A stretch of DNA of 63,632 nucleotides, the filler included, from Octopus bimaculoides (Eukaryota), in NCBI RefSeq assembly GCF_001194135.2. It is 4 parts of 4 records of this genome, joined end to end, with 100 filler letters (N's around TTAATTAATTAA, not from the genome) between each part and the next. Parts side by side here need not be neighbours in the genome. Positions count along the whole stretch, not along the records: positions 1 to 31,562 come from NC_068983.1; 3 more parts are not named here. The stretch is one strand, 5' to 3'. Below, piece by piece: positions 1 through 13,550 of the stretch. Position 1 is the first letter of the stretch; every line of letters begins with the position of its first letter. A model generated the notes under the pieces. That model did no database searches, was not told the origin of the DNA, and saw only the letters and a program-made list of their open reading frames with translations. The translations under genes and the position numbers were made by a program.

Positions 1-399
1 TGCATGAGGGTTGAGAGTTTTGTTAGGTTTAAAAAAAGGGTTAAAAGTTTGTGTTAAGCAGGAAATGCGGTGTCAAAACAGGAAGTGTGTGTAAGGGGAG
101 ACAAGTATTTTTAGTTGGAGTTATGAACTCTTTTTTTCCCAACAGGAAGTTTGTGTCTGTTCATAGAGGAATAAGGTCACTGAGGGGTGTGTGTGTTAAG
201 AAATGGTTGGAATTTCTCTCTCTCTCTCTATATATATATGTAGCAGCTGACCGACTGCTGCCCACCGTGGGATATGATAAATATTCAAGGTTGCAATACA
301 GGAATATTTTCACAAATCCGTCGGGAATGTTGAAAGTAGGCATACCTAATGAGTCCTTCGGTGTCACAGCTGTACTCAAAGAGAGGAAAGTGATTTAAT

Positions 400-986
400 A
401 TCAGCCATTGATGAAATTAGCTTAAACCCAGCTACACGCTCTGATGGATTCTTAGCAATCCTCCAAAAGAAATGCAAAGGGTTTCTTGCAAGACCGCTAC
501 AGATACCTTTCCAGAGCTTCCCAGTAACCGCGAGACTTCCCAGAAATGTGAAGCAAGGTACAATATGCCCAATCTATACGAGGAGAAGCGGAGCAGATGC
601 TGAAAATTATAGACCTATATCAATATCCTCTCACGTCAGCAAAGACATGGAACCCATAGTCCGGAGGAAAGTGGTGGCATTCTTCAAAGAAAGTGAGTTT
701 CTCCCTGACACCTAGAAGAAGCTGCCTTACATAGCTTTTACAGCATTGTTACTAGGAGTTAAAAATAATTAGTGAATATGATATATTATGACTTTGCAAA
801 GGCCTTTGATAAGCTTGATCGGGTTATTACAAGCTACGGAAACTCGGTATATTCGGAAAACTGGGAGAGTGGTTGCATGACTTCTTAAAAAACAGAAGCA
901 AGGCCGTGACAACTAGTGGATCCCTCTCCAAGGAGAAAGTAATAAAAAGCGAGTGATAAGTGACATGTGTTTTTAAGACACAGAGA

Positions 987-1042
<56 letters not shown>

Positions 1043-2240
1043 GAGAAAGAGAGAGAGAGAGAGCGAGTGATTGCTGTCTGCTACCTGCTGACTAACGCCC
1101 TTTCCCTCTTTCTTTACGGAAATTGCCGAATTGATGTAAACAAAGACGTTGACCATGTTGATAATCAGCAGGCAAAGCTGACTACTGGTTTGGCAATTAG
1201 CGCTGCTTGGCAATCAGCTGATTACAGATTTGGCATTTAGAGAACTTGTACCGAATGATCGCCAAAAGTACTTCTGAGAACTGTCTTGGGGCCGCTGTTG
1301 TTCATAGTGGATCTTTCAGACATGCCATCAGTTACACAGACAACCACGTTTAGTAGCTTTTGAGACAGCGCATAAGTAGTACAAACATCAAAAGTAGTAC
1401 AAACATCAAAAGGCCTCGATGAAATATTTATATATGTGATGAAGTAAATAATATGAAATTTAAAGTAAGTAAGTTAAGCTAGTGCCCATATGCCGCAACA
1501 ATGGCACACTAGGAGCGGCAATCCTGGAGACAACCGCTGTGTGATACGGGGAGTGGTATGAGTAAGAAAGCCTCGTACATATCACCAAGATGGTGGCAAA
1601 TTTCAGGTGAATAAGCGGATGGATTCTGAGAACCTTCAGAATAAGGGACCAGGAAACTATGCAGGTTATGTGGAGAGCATTTGTACTCAGCCAGCTGGAC
1701 TACTGCTCTCATATGTGGTCACCATTCAGTGTCAATTAATAGAGGGACTTGAAGCAGTTCAGCTATGTTACATGAGGAAGATTGCATCAATGGAACAGCT
1801 GAGCTACGATTCTACTACCTGCATCGACGATGGGAGAGGTATGCAGTCACATATATATGCAATACTATGGAGACGCTGGCACGAAACTTTGGCATCGAGA
1901 GTTATACCACCTGGACGTCACTGCACTTTTCAAGATGACTCACTTATCTAGTGTAGAATGAGGACCTAGTACAACTGTAGCTTGCAATTCCACTACCCAC
2001 AGATATTTAAAGCCTTGCCAAAATATCTGAGGTATCTTCAAAAAAGAGGGCTAGATGTTTTCAAAAAAACAACTTGACCTCCTTCTATCCAAGGTCCCGG
2101 ATGGACCTATATCACGGCAAGAAGCTCAAAAGAGGGCAACCATATCGAACTCCCTCCTTCCCCAAAAGCCAATTGCATACGAGTGATTATTGGAAAGGAT
2201 ATCACACTGGTGGTACTCCAACATGTCAAAAACCTAAGAA
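400..2240 (+). mobile_element. Degraded CR1/L2-type LINE (RT domain to 3' end), interrupted at ~945-1260
   Basis: Frameshifted translation shows ENYRPISISSHVSK, DFAKAFDKLDR, KLGIFGKLGEWLHDFLKNR, TVLGPLLFIVDLSDMP and C-terminal KQLDLLLSKVPDGP, typical of CR1-clade ORF2; many stops. Confidence 0.85.
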
Positions 2241-2303
2241 CCTTAAACGTATAAAAGAATAAAAGAATAACAGAATATGTAAGTATATCTATATCTATAT
2301 ATA

Positions 2304-2334
<31 letters not shown>

Positions 2335-2694
2335 ATCTATATATATATATATATACCAGAAGAGAGAGAAGGGTATAGACATATACATACACATTTCTTT
2401 ACAGGGGTGAATCATAGATATAACATGATATTTCCAGGGATATGATTAGTTAGTTATGTTTGCATCATTTTGTGAATATTCAAATGTATCATACATTGCT
2501 GAGCATACATGTTTGGTGCTTTCACGTACATATAGATTTGCACATCGAAATTAATTACTACCTGATAAAGGTTACGAATAGCCATTAATCATATGGAAGT
2601 CATATGGAAAACTAGATCTATAATGACCTTTACATACACACACACACACACATACACACACACATACATACAGCACACACATATTTATTTTATT

Positions 2695-2950
2695 TCTTTT
2701 ACTTGTTTCAGTCATTTCACTGCGGCCATGTTAGAGTACCGCCTTTAGTCGAAAACATGGCACCAGTCCTTATTCTTTCTAAGCCTAGTACTTATTCTAT
2801 CGGTCTTTTTTGACGAACGGCTAAGTTACAAAGAACGTAAACACACCAACATAGGTTGTCAAATATCGGTTGGGGGTCAAACACACACACATACACACAA
2901 ATATATACATTTGGTCGGCCCAAGGTGCCACGCAATGGCACTGAACCCGG
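2695..2950 (-). mobile_element. tRNA-derived SINE (CORE-like family), partial
   Basis: Shares motifs (agcctagtacttattctatcggt, cccaaggtgccacgca...tgaacccggaacc) with other copies in the window at 28575, 43585, 44021 and 61690. Confidence 0.8.
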
Positions 2951-3972
2951 AACCATTACTGGATCTTAAAAAATATGAAAAAGTCAGCAGCATTATTAAA
3001 AAAAAAACAATGAATTTAGCTGTAAAATGGTACCAGTTTCATCTTACTACCAATCATAGTCCAGCAGATATGAGGACTTGAAATGTGTCCAAGACATCTA
3101 GAACACTCTGTATACATATACATGTGTGGCTGTATGTATGTATCTATCGATATATATATAATGAGAAAGAAAGGCGGGATTGCTGTACGGATACACACAT
3201 ACTTTTCATTACATACTTTTACGAGTGCCAATCTATTAAGAATTCTGTATATCTTATTGCACCCTCTATATACACTTTCATAGATGTATTCATGCATGTA
3301 TACACAGATATTCTTAAGATCCAGACTTTCAGCCATTGATGACTACAGAAGAAAACTACAATGATTGAATATCAAGAAAAACGAAATAGATTAAATTCAT
3401 CCTTTTATTCTTTATGTACAATTGTACATCTTACTCATGCTTATTACTAAGTTATGTATGAATCTCTGTAAGTATCACATCTTCAGAAGACAAATAATTA
3501 TACGAATGGTATGATAAGACACAACTATATATGTATAAGACTTATTGTGTGGAAGGAAGCAAACGGATGTGGTATAGGAAAGCAGAGGGATATGTAGTTA
3601 CAAAAGTTTATATTCCAGTCAGATTAGTAAAGAAATGTAGTATGTCACAGAAAAACCTCCGCGACTAACACAGATTGTCACTGACAAACAAATAGATTAA
3701 ATTGCCGTTTTGAATAAACGTCTGAATGCAGTTTGGGAATAGATTAGGAGATATAAATCTTATTAGAAATACAATTACGAATAATGTCTCAGATACATAG
3801 GATCAAAAGCTAACATTAATTTGAAGAAGTATGTAACACTATGTAGAGATATTTCATCTACAAGATAGGCATAAATATCTTCACATAGACACACACACTG
3901 TATATACATACATAATACACACACATACACCCACAGACACAGAGACACAGAGACACACACACACACATACAT

Positions 3973-4003
<31 letters not shown>

Positions 4004-4207
4004 AATGATTTCTTGTGTAAGCGTATGTATAGATATACACATACTTACTGAAATGTTTGAGTCTGTTTGTATATATGATATAGTCTGGGGTAATATGCGT
4101 TTAAACATTGACAGCATACCATGGATGAACTATATACAAACAGACTATATTTAGGAAGAGGATTGGCTCGATGTAGCTTTTCACTTCTGGTATTATTCTG
4201 CACAATT

Positions 4208-4240
<33 letters not shown>

Positions 4241-4374
4241 ATATCTATCTATCTATCTATCTATCTATCCATTTGTATGTCTTTGAGTCTCTGTGTGTGT
4301 GTACCTGTCTGTGTGTCTCTCTGCCTGTCTTTCTGCCTGTCTGTCTAGCTGTCACTCTCTGTCTGTCTTACATA

Positions 4375-4536
4375 CAGGGGACTAAAAGTGTACGTACGCC
4401 GCTATAAGTATATACCAAAGAACAAAACAAAGAATGGAACACGTATGTAACATGCGACAATACCTCCCTCCCTGTTAGGTTCTTATATTTTTTTTATATA
4501 TACATATAGCGGCGAGCGTACACTTTTGGTCTCCTG
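4375..4536. mobile_element. Tc1/mariner-type MITE, 162 bp
   Basis: 40-bp TIRs CAGGGGACTAAAAGTGTACGTACGCCGCTATAAGTATATA / CAGGAGACCAAAAGTGTACGCTCGCCGCTATATGTATATA (35/40); TA on both flanks (4373-74, 4537-38). Confidence 0.85.
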
Positions 4537-4562
4537 TATGTAAGCGTATGAATATATATATT

Positions 4563-4594
<32 letters not shown>

Positions 4595-5514
4595 TATATA
4601 TATAAATTCTGTAGGACTCTTACTCCTTCTTTTAGCCCCACTTCACTTTCTTCGTTCTTTCCACTTTTCTCGCTCACCCTCTCTCATGTTTCTTGGCCTT
4701 CCCTTAATTCTCACTACTTTCCATCCTCTTTTACCTCCCTTGTATCTCACTCTGTCCCTTTCCTTTCTTTTTCTCTCTTTCTCGTCCCTCCATAATTCTT
4801 CAATCCCCCTGTCCCTACCTCTCTCCTCTCCTATCACGTGACTGGTTTCGGCAAGTCTGACGTTTCTTTCTTGGTTCGACTACCATTCATGTAGTATCTC
4901 TTATATTCCTTCTCATGACTTTCATCCATTATGTTCCTGCCGTAAGGCTTCACTCACGCCAGCTTAATTTAATTCGTCCTTAGTCGAACGACATTTGTTC
5001 TTCATGTCCTGTTGTGTGTATTTGTAATTGTGTACCATTTCTCCGTATTTTTGTCTTTGTTTTCGTATACATTCGCTTGCTTCCTTCCACAGAATCTACT
5101 GCTCTTAGCTTAAATTTTATTGGGGCCGGCCAGATTGGAGCAGTCTCGAGTGTAACCAACCGAAACTACAACAACGATCTGGAACTCGACGGACGATAGA
5201 AAGCTCCGAATGAGCCGTCCTTGATTTTCCAGTTCTTTTTCGTATCGTCTAACTGTTTGGTTATTTTCCTGTCGCCTGTTACGTTTTTGTTTTCATTTTT
5301 CGTTTTGTTTTTTATATATACATATAGCGGCGTACGTACACTTTTGGTCTCTTATATATATATATATATATATATACATACATACATACATACATACATA
5401 CATACATACATACATACATACATACATACATACATACATACATACATACGTATATAGATACGTACAGAGAAAACCTGGATGGAAAGCACTCAGTACACAA
5501 GAACATCTATGCAT

Positions 5515-6260
5515 GAGTATGCTGCCCGAATGCTTGAAGAATACAGTAGAATGACGTGAAGCGTAGCCTCTCTTGGATACAAGTCCACTACGTCAGCTCA
5601 CACATTGAATGGTATGCGTTTGCAATCGAGGCACAGGAGATTTCCACAAAGTACCTGATGAGCAAGAGACACAGTGACACACATGTAATTCCAAGGTGCA
5701 ACCGCATATGTTGGCTATGTCATGTTTCTGTGGCAGACATCACCCATGTGATTAGCAGCTGTCTTAAAGTGCCGTCACGGTACTACTTCCTTATGCGTCA
5801 CAATGTTTTTGCTACAACAATTTACAGTGCCGTCTACCAAAAGGACTGTCCTGAAATAAACTTAGAAAAAATCCCTCCGTTATGGAATACAAACATAAAC
5901 CCCAACTCAAAGAATACCGGTGGAATATTCCCATCAAAACTTCTGTCAGATCTAAACATAACAGACCGGATATTGTTGTTTGGGACAGAGGGGCAATGGT
6001 ATGTTCCATCATAGAGGGCAGCTGCCTTGCAGATATAAATATCTACTTGAAAATCAAAGAAAAAGAGGATATCTATGGACAACTCCTTCGAAACCTCCAG
6101 CTTCTATATCCAGACTATGAATCCATATATTCATACCAATAATAATTGGAGCTCTAGGTTTTGTTAGTAAATGCTTAAAGGAGAATCTGGATAAACTAGA
6201 ATTTTCAGAAAGAGAAATCAACGGGCTAATTCATATATTACAGGTGTTAACTACATTCCA
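5515..6260 (+). mobile_element. 3' remnant of restriction-like-endonuclease (REL) non-LTR retrotransposon
   Basis: CWLCHVSVADITHVISSC zinc knuckle, MRHN, KHNRPDIVVWD...IIEGSC (PD-(D/E)xK), PIIIGALG; frameshifted. Confidence 0.85.
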
Positions 6261-7699
6261 AAAATGGATTCTTGTATCTTTGTTGGAAACTGGCTCCCTC
6301 CTCAATGGAAGATTTATAATAATCAAAAAATAGAAGAGAAACATATATGTTTATATATATATATATAAGTGTGAGTGTATGCGTGTGTGTGTATGTGTGT
6401 ATGCTTGTGTGTGTAAGTCATGTACTAATGAAACTTTATACTCACTGTGAGAACAGCCTCCATCGATAAAGACTACATCAGTTGATAGTTTAATCGATGT
6501 GATTTTGTGTGATGTCTTCATGTTAAACTTGTAGGAAGCATAGCTGTCGAAAATATTTCATAATGTTAAAAAATCAACTATGTTGTTGATTTTGTTCCTT
6601 ACATAAGCTTATAAGCATAACAGTCGGACTCATATTGTGACAAGGAGGATCATTTTATATATCAAGACGAAATGAGTTGATGACGCTTTACTGAAAGTTG
6701 AAAATATAGGCCTTCAGTGTACGTGCTAAATCATTACCACGCTGTAGAGGTTCTATATCTAATTACACCTGCATTCACGATATAAATTTCATTAGTCTTG
6801 TCATAATCCAGTTTATAGTTTATATATTTATTTCTGTAGAGTTTAACCCAAGCAGCACGTAAGAAAAGATAAGCGATCCTTCATAACACTTTAATGGTAC
6901 AGGAAATTAATAGTTTCGGCCATGATTTCAGTTGCTCAAAGCTCTGTAATTGATCCTCAAGATCCATGTTCACAGAGTGTCGGAACATATGTTTATTAAG
7001 CACATCGTATATGACTCCTGTACACTTTAAGTTAGTATATTCAGATTATTATGCAATAAAACTAACTCGACGTAGTTAACAACACTAAAGTTACGTCTTA
7101 ACGATGCTAATATCATTTCACCTTGTTTATTCTGACGAAGTAGTAAGAAACCTTGGAATGAAATGCCAACCAATTCAAAATAAATATTCTTCCAAATTAA
7201 TGCCTGTTTTCTTTGAAACCGTGAATAATCTTTTAGAGACGTATACCAAATTAAAACCCAATATATAACGATTAATGAAGCCAATATTCATACAATTTGA
7301 AATGATTCCAATGATAAGCACTCTCGAATACACGCACACACACACACACAGACACACACATACACATATATTCGTACACACATACCAATCTATTATGTAG
7401 AATTCTGTATTAGTTGGGTGTCGATTTAAGTTCTTTGTATTCATGGTTTACTTTAATTAACTACCAACACAAGTGGAGTGAATTGACAGGAACTGGCGAG
7501 TGGTGCGCAAATGTTTATGAAGTATTCAGTTAAGTGTATTTACCTTGTGAGATCCAACACTGCTGAGCCGAGTTTTCCTTTCGGCCTTCTGGAGCTGATA
7601 AAATGAAGTAACACTTAACGATTCTACACTTCCACATAAGTGTTAGTATTCTCTCCATATTAGAAAATAAATCACCGCTAACATGAAAACACTTGATGT

Positions 7700-8207
7700 A
7701 AGAAACCTACTTGTAAATAAGATAATTACTGAGAGCCAATAAAATGCCCTGTACGTCGTCACTCGACCTGATAAAGATAATGTCGAATCTTCCTCTGTTT
7801 ATACTGTGAACATGGTAAGAGATTCCATCATGATATTGCTGCAACAAAGAAAAGATACCAAGGAAGATGGGTCACTGCTATGATGGGAGACTATATATGG
7901 GCACTGGTGCGTAAAGATGTAGATCACGGTAGGTGAGTACGACTTCGGTGCATTTCCAGTAAAATCTTATAATCTTATTGTAGTTATGCTTACATTTCTC
8001 ATTTGTTTAAAAATATTAGGACAGAATACTTTTAGCTCCTATTAATGTACAATGTGACTAAGTCGATATAAAGTAATATCGCTGCTAAATTTTGTTACCA
8101 TTCTCTAGAAAACCTCAATTATTGAAGGGTAGTCTTGTAATCGGTAGAAAACATTACCATAGAAACACTAAAACCATTTAGAAAAGCAAAACTTTTGTTA
8201 CACACTG
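7700..8207 (+). mobile_element. Chapaev3-like DNA transposon 3' remnant
   Basis: Encodes EHGKRFHHDIAATKKRYQGRWVTAMMGDYIWALVR, resembling the GERFHQDI..MEKRYQG.W...M.DY.W transposase C-terminus; ends ...ttttgttacacactg. Family assignment is from recall. Confidence 0.6.
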
Positions 8208-8641
8208 TTATCAGTTAGATGAATCTCATGCTAAGTAATATTACATATGTTTGACTATATTCCGCGTTCTGTTCGGCAGAGGTTATATTTCATAGAATCG
8301 ACTTCAGTATATTATATATACATACATACATACATAGACACACGCACACACATGCACAGTCACAGACACACATAATATATATATATATATATATATATAT
8401 ANNNNNNNNNNNNNNNNNNNNNNNNNNNNNNNNNNNNNNNNNNNNNNNNNNNNNNNNNNNNNNNNNNNNNNNNNNNNNNNNNNNNNNNNNNNNNNNNNNN
8501 NNNNNNNNNNNNNNNNNNNNNNNNNNNNNNNNNNNNNNNNNNNNNNNNNNNNNNNNNNNNNNNNNNNNNNNNNNNNNNNNNNNNNNNNNNNNNTATGTAT
8601 GTATATACATTTATATATGTATGTACATATATATGCATGTG

Positions 8642-8674
<33 letters not shown>

Positions 8675-9690
8675 ATGTGTGTATACCTATATATTTGTGT
8701 GTGTGTGCATGAGTGTATAGAGACACATACAGACACAGATACATATATAAGATAATCATGTGAAAATATTTAATAAGAGCATCCTAATATGTTACTGGTA
8801 TTGATCTTTCCCATGTTAATTAAAAACAATATTGCGCACAAAGTGCCAAAGGGGAGATTTGAACATAAAGAGATGAAATTAAATACTCTAAGTGACTTGA
8901 CGTGCCATTCAATATTACACACCTGACAAAGCTCTTAAGTAACCCAAAGCACTGGAAGTTATATGTGCATGTTGCTCTCTGTCTATCAACATTCGGCTCT
9001 CTTCCCCATTATCGTTTTACTTTCTTTTACTCATAAACTCCTACTCGTTAAACTTCTGTGTTTATGTACTTGTGTGTGTGCACATGTGCTTGTGCGTGAA
9101 TATATGGGTGTGTGGTGCATTTTCTTGAGTGCGTGTGAGTGTGTGTGTTGGTCTGTGTAGGTGCTTAGATTAGTCTTTAGAATACAGTCTGCATAAAGGT
9201 GCGTATATCCTACCTATTAATATGAAATGATGTGACCTTTATACTTTATCTCCCTTTCACTGTGTGCGTGTATATAAATATATATATANNNNNNNNNNNN
9301 NNNNNNNNNNNNNNNNNNNNNNNNNNNNNNNNNNNNNNNNNNNNNNNNNNNNNNNNNATATATTCATTCTTGAGTGTATGTTGTATATGTGTGCTCCTTG
9401 AGATTCTTTGTTGTTGGTATTTATATAAAAAAAATGTTCAAAGTAAATATTAATATTTAAAATTCTCCTTTGATATTTGTTAAGTTTTGATCAAATATAC
9501 CAAAATATTCGGCATAGGTTAAGCGCAAGTTATACCGTATAGATCGTAAAGACGTGTTTGTAAACACATTTATTTTCAACTCTAGTAAATGATAAACGAT
9601 TATTTGAATGACTCTTCATAACGAAGCTATACTGCCCCTCATTATTAATGGGGAGATTTAGTATAACATGATCTTATAAGTGTTAATATA

Positions 9691-9846
9691 GATTTCAAAT
9701 TTTGGCAAAAGGCCAGCAAATTCGGAGGTGGAGTTAAGTTAGTTACATTGACCTCATTGCGCAGCTGCTACTTATTTTATCGATACCGAAGGATGAATGG
9801 CAAAGTCAATCTCAGCAGAATTTGAACTCGGAACCCGAAGACGAAC
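9691..9846 (-). mobile_element. SINE, second family (Meta-domain-like)
   Basis: tacttattttatcga...gaaggatgaatggcaaagtcaatctcagcagaatttgaactc; related copies at 9890, 23435 and 7555. Confidence 0.75.
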
Positions 9847-9889
9847 AGTTCGCTGAATTAACTGCGTTTTATGGTATAACGAGGTAGGG

Positions 9890-10087
9890 AGAAGACAGAA
9901 TCGTTAGCACGACGGGCAAAATGATTAGCGGCATTTCATCCACCCATACTTTCTGAGTTCAAATTCCACCGATGTCGACTTTGCCTTTTATTGTTCTTGA
10001 ATCGATGAAATAGGGACCAGTTGAGCACTGGGAATGATGTAATCAACTTCTCCCCTCTTTGTTGGCCTTTTGCCAAAATTTGAATCC
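9890..10087 (+). mobile_element. SINE, second family (Meta-domain-like), inverted relative to the 9691 copy
   Basis: gagttcaaattccaccgatgtcgactttgcctttt...ggccttttgccaaaatttgaatcc is the reverse complement of the 9691-9846 copy. Confidence 0.75.
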
Positions 10088-11914
10088 ATTATTAAAAACT
10101 TTACATTTCAATGACTCAGAGGAAGAAATTCTGACCCTATATTTGGATGCCCAAATAGAGTGATGTGTCTGCTTGTTTGCCTCTTACGTTTGAGAAATCC
10201 ACGAATCATGAAATTCGTAGGAACACACAGCATGAAGGTACGGAGTTAGCGTTAGACTTTTCCACGATTGATTCAAAAGGGCACCCGAAATCAAGGTAAC
10301 TGTGTTACACTAGAAGGTTTAGCGGCACTACTCAAGAACATATGCAGTACATATGAAATATTTCGGCATAGTTTCTACCTACGTAATGTAACTTGATATT
10401 ATTTGGGGAGATTGAAATTCATGGTAAACGTTATATGCTGAAAATTCCATGCAGTGCAACTGACTCAAAAGCAACTTGATTGTCACCGATTCTCTTAACA
10501 AGAATTTATGGTTTCATTGCAAACTTAAAATGTTCAGATTGAAACGTGTCTGCACTATCGTGATATACGGCTTGTTTTGGGCATTTTTATTGAGAGCATA
10601 TCTTTCGAGGTCTAAGTACAGGCGATTTGTTACAGAAACATTGACAGCTAATCGGAAAGAACGAATGAGAATTGATTCAAGTAGGGGACTTGTAAATTGT
10701 ATATCGAAAACATAAAAGGCAACACAGATGCCGGGGCGAAATGAACTCAGAAAGACAAAATGATTAACGCAAAAAAAATTATTTGACATTCTACCTGCAA
10801 ACTCCACAAATTGACTACAATTTTCAACATAGTCTATCTTATGCCTCTCTTTTGATAGTGATGTTCTTTAGATACATCACGTTACATTCTGATTTCGAGT
10901 TGAAAATATATGAAGTTTTGTTGTGAGTATAACGATGAGGAAATTTATGATCTAAATTATAATGACTGAAGAAGTGCGGTACAATGTCCAGTTTATTTTT
11001 TTACCCCACGTTATTAAAAAAAGTCATATTACTTTGAAGAAATTATAAACGAATATTAAAAAGATTTTAAACTATCGAGTTTATTTGTATTTTAACCAAA
11101 TATCATAATGTTTAGTATTATACGATTCGCTTCTGTTTCAAATGTCAACTTCCGTTTGAATTCCATATGTAAACAATTAGCTTTACTTCACGTTCGTAAA
11201 AATTGTAATAAAACGAAAAAAAAACCCCCAACAAAACAAGTGAGTAAATAATTTTTAAAAGTATTACGTATTGCAAAAACAATAACATCTATCTGATAGA
11301 ATTAAATTGTCAAATTGTCTTAGACTGCGGTCATGCTGGAGTACCACCTTGAAATTATTTAGTCAATGATATCATCTTCCAACACAATTCTTGGTATGTG
11401 GTCAGATGTATATTGCATTATCAATATTAACCGAGATAAATGAAAAGGGCCCATTTAGTGACAGTTGTATCTGCAAAAAAGATTCTTCAGTGATGTGAGG
11501 CATTCATTATTCTCTTTTAATTGAGACGTATTTAAGTGTATTTTTAATTACTTTAAAGGGACACTAGAAACACTTAAGACGACTATAAGTGAATATAATG
11601 GAACAACAATATAGCAAAACTCAACTATTCCTATTGGTAAATGTAAATTATTAATTCCCACCAGAGCATCTATTTTCAGATTCACACCAATGAAGATTCA
11701 TGAACATTTTCCCTTGACAGTCTCATCTCTTTTCTAATCTTCATTATCGTCTTTTTAAATGTATCACGGATTATTTTACTGATTACAGAATAAACTACAA
11801 CAGAGTCCTTGTTCAATGTATGAGCATATTGTTAATTTACTCTATAATTTATGTGTCATATCTATATGTATATATAATATCAATATGCGCAACACATATA
11901 TTATTATTATTATT

Positions 11915-12131
11915 GAGTGAGAGAGCAGTGCATGCCATCAAAGTGACACTCCGGTAAAATATACGAAGCCCGTTATACCCATCATGACTACCCGTCTGAT
12001 AAGGGTACACCAGGCACATGTATCACAACCATATGTGCACGACATGGTGATCTCATATCAAGATAAACAACGCTTGACCTCTTAGGTGGGGCCCAGTTAG
12101 AATTTTCTTCAGGTCGAGTAGCCCATCCCGC
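11915..12131. repeat. Interspersed repeat flanked by (TTA)n, partial copy 1
   Basis: Shares caaccatatgtg..gacatggtgatctcatatcaagata...agaattttct.caggtcg.gtagcc with 15520-16050; (TTA)n on both sides. Confidence 0.75.
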
Positions 12132-13446
12132 TTATTATTATTATCATTATTATTATTATTTGACTTTACCTTGAAATCCCCGCTTCATGTTGCTTCCGTA
12201 AATCCTCAAATATCGTCGTCGCTTTCATGATTTCTGTAGTCCTTTATATAGAAAAGAGAAGAACAAGAGGACTGTAAATGCATAACTGTAAAATGCGTTC
12301 TTCTTCCCTCCCGTCGTCAAAAAGTTTGTCATAAACAAGAGGAAGTATTTCCAACACAGTTTGCAAGAACTGCAAAAACGACATTATCAGCATAAACGAC
12401 GTCAGTTGCAAATTTAACAAAAAACACCAACAAAGAACCCCTGGTTTGATAAATCCAAGTCAACAGCAGAAACCAGCAATTTGTTTTTAACAGCAAAAAT
12501 TTATTTATTTATTTTTAAACTCAAAGGAGCAAAATCAACAAACACAACTGACCTATTGACAAAATAATAATTAACTATAGCAGCATTTCAGCAAAGGTTT
12601 TGTCGAACATCAATCCATCAAACACTAACATTACCGTTAATGCTCACGTTGTTATCTGTGAAAACATCTCTGAGAAAGGCTTAACGACCACGCTTTTTAT
12701 GAACCTAGATCCAGTAGTGACTTCTACGTTTTCGTCATCCACAATAGCTTACATCTTTGGCGCAGTTTGCTGAAAGTAATGTTGTACACGTCAGTAACAA
12801 TGTTGTGACAGCATTTGGTTGAAGGGACAGTGGAACGGCGGTTTTATTTCGAAGTCACTTTTGATATACACACGATCTTCCTGCTCTGTTATAATAAATA
12901 GTTGATGTTGGATGTAACACGTTCAAAGGCAGTGGAATTAAGGACATCTTACACTATCTGAATCTGCTGACCTGACCTGACTATCTACAAGGTTAAAAAG
13001 TTAAGGAAATATTACATTTAAAGAGGAAGATGGCTATTACGTAGGATGAGCATCTCTCTAGTGTGATTAATGAAACTCGAAGGGAAATGTTCAGATTTAA
13101 AGTGTGATTAAATGTGCCTACACAGATTATACTCTCTACGTTTCTTGACCCTAGACTTATGTGACAAAAATATGGAAGAAAGGACGTTTAAGGTCTTGGA
13201 AAGGGCTGGCTAAACAGTGTTCGTGGGAGGGATTTCTATCATATTATTCAAACTGTTTCCCCAACTACAATTGGAAGATTCTCTTGCTGATATATTTTTA
13301 ACTCGTGTGTTTGTGATTCCGTTGTGCCTTAGATTCTGATGTAAAATTCCAGTATATTTTAATATTCTTGTACTACTCTCAACAACAGCGGTGATTGAAA
13401 CTCTTGAAAAAGCTATGCTCGTCCTCAATGTCATCATAAGAAGCTC

Positions 13447-13518
<72 letters not shown>

Positions 13519-13550
13519 TACATGTTTGACTTTTGCTTTGTATTTTTACA

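Noticed and set aside
10476-10715. Short ORF with a hydrophobic segment (RVCTIVIYGLFWAFLLRAYLS)
   Set aside because: No recognisable homology, weak splice signals and no neighbouring exons; it cannot be supported as a gene.
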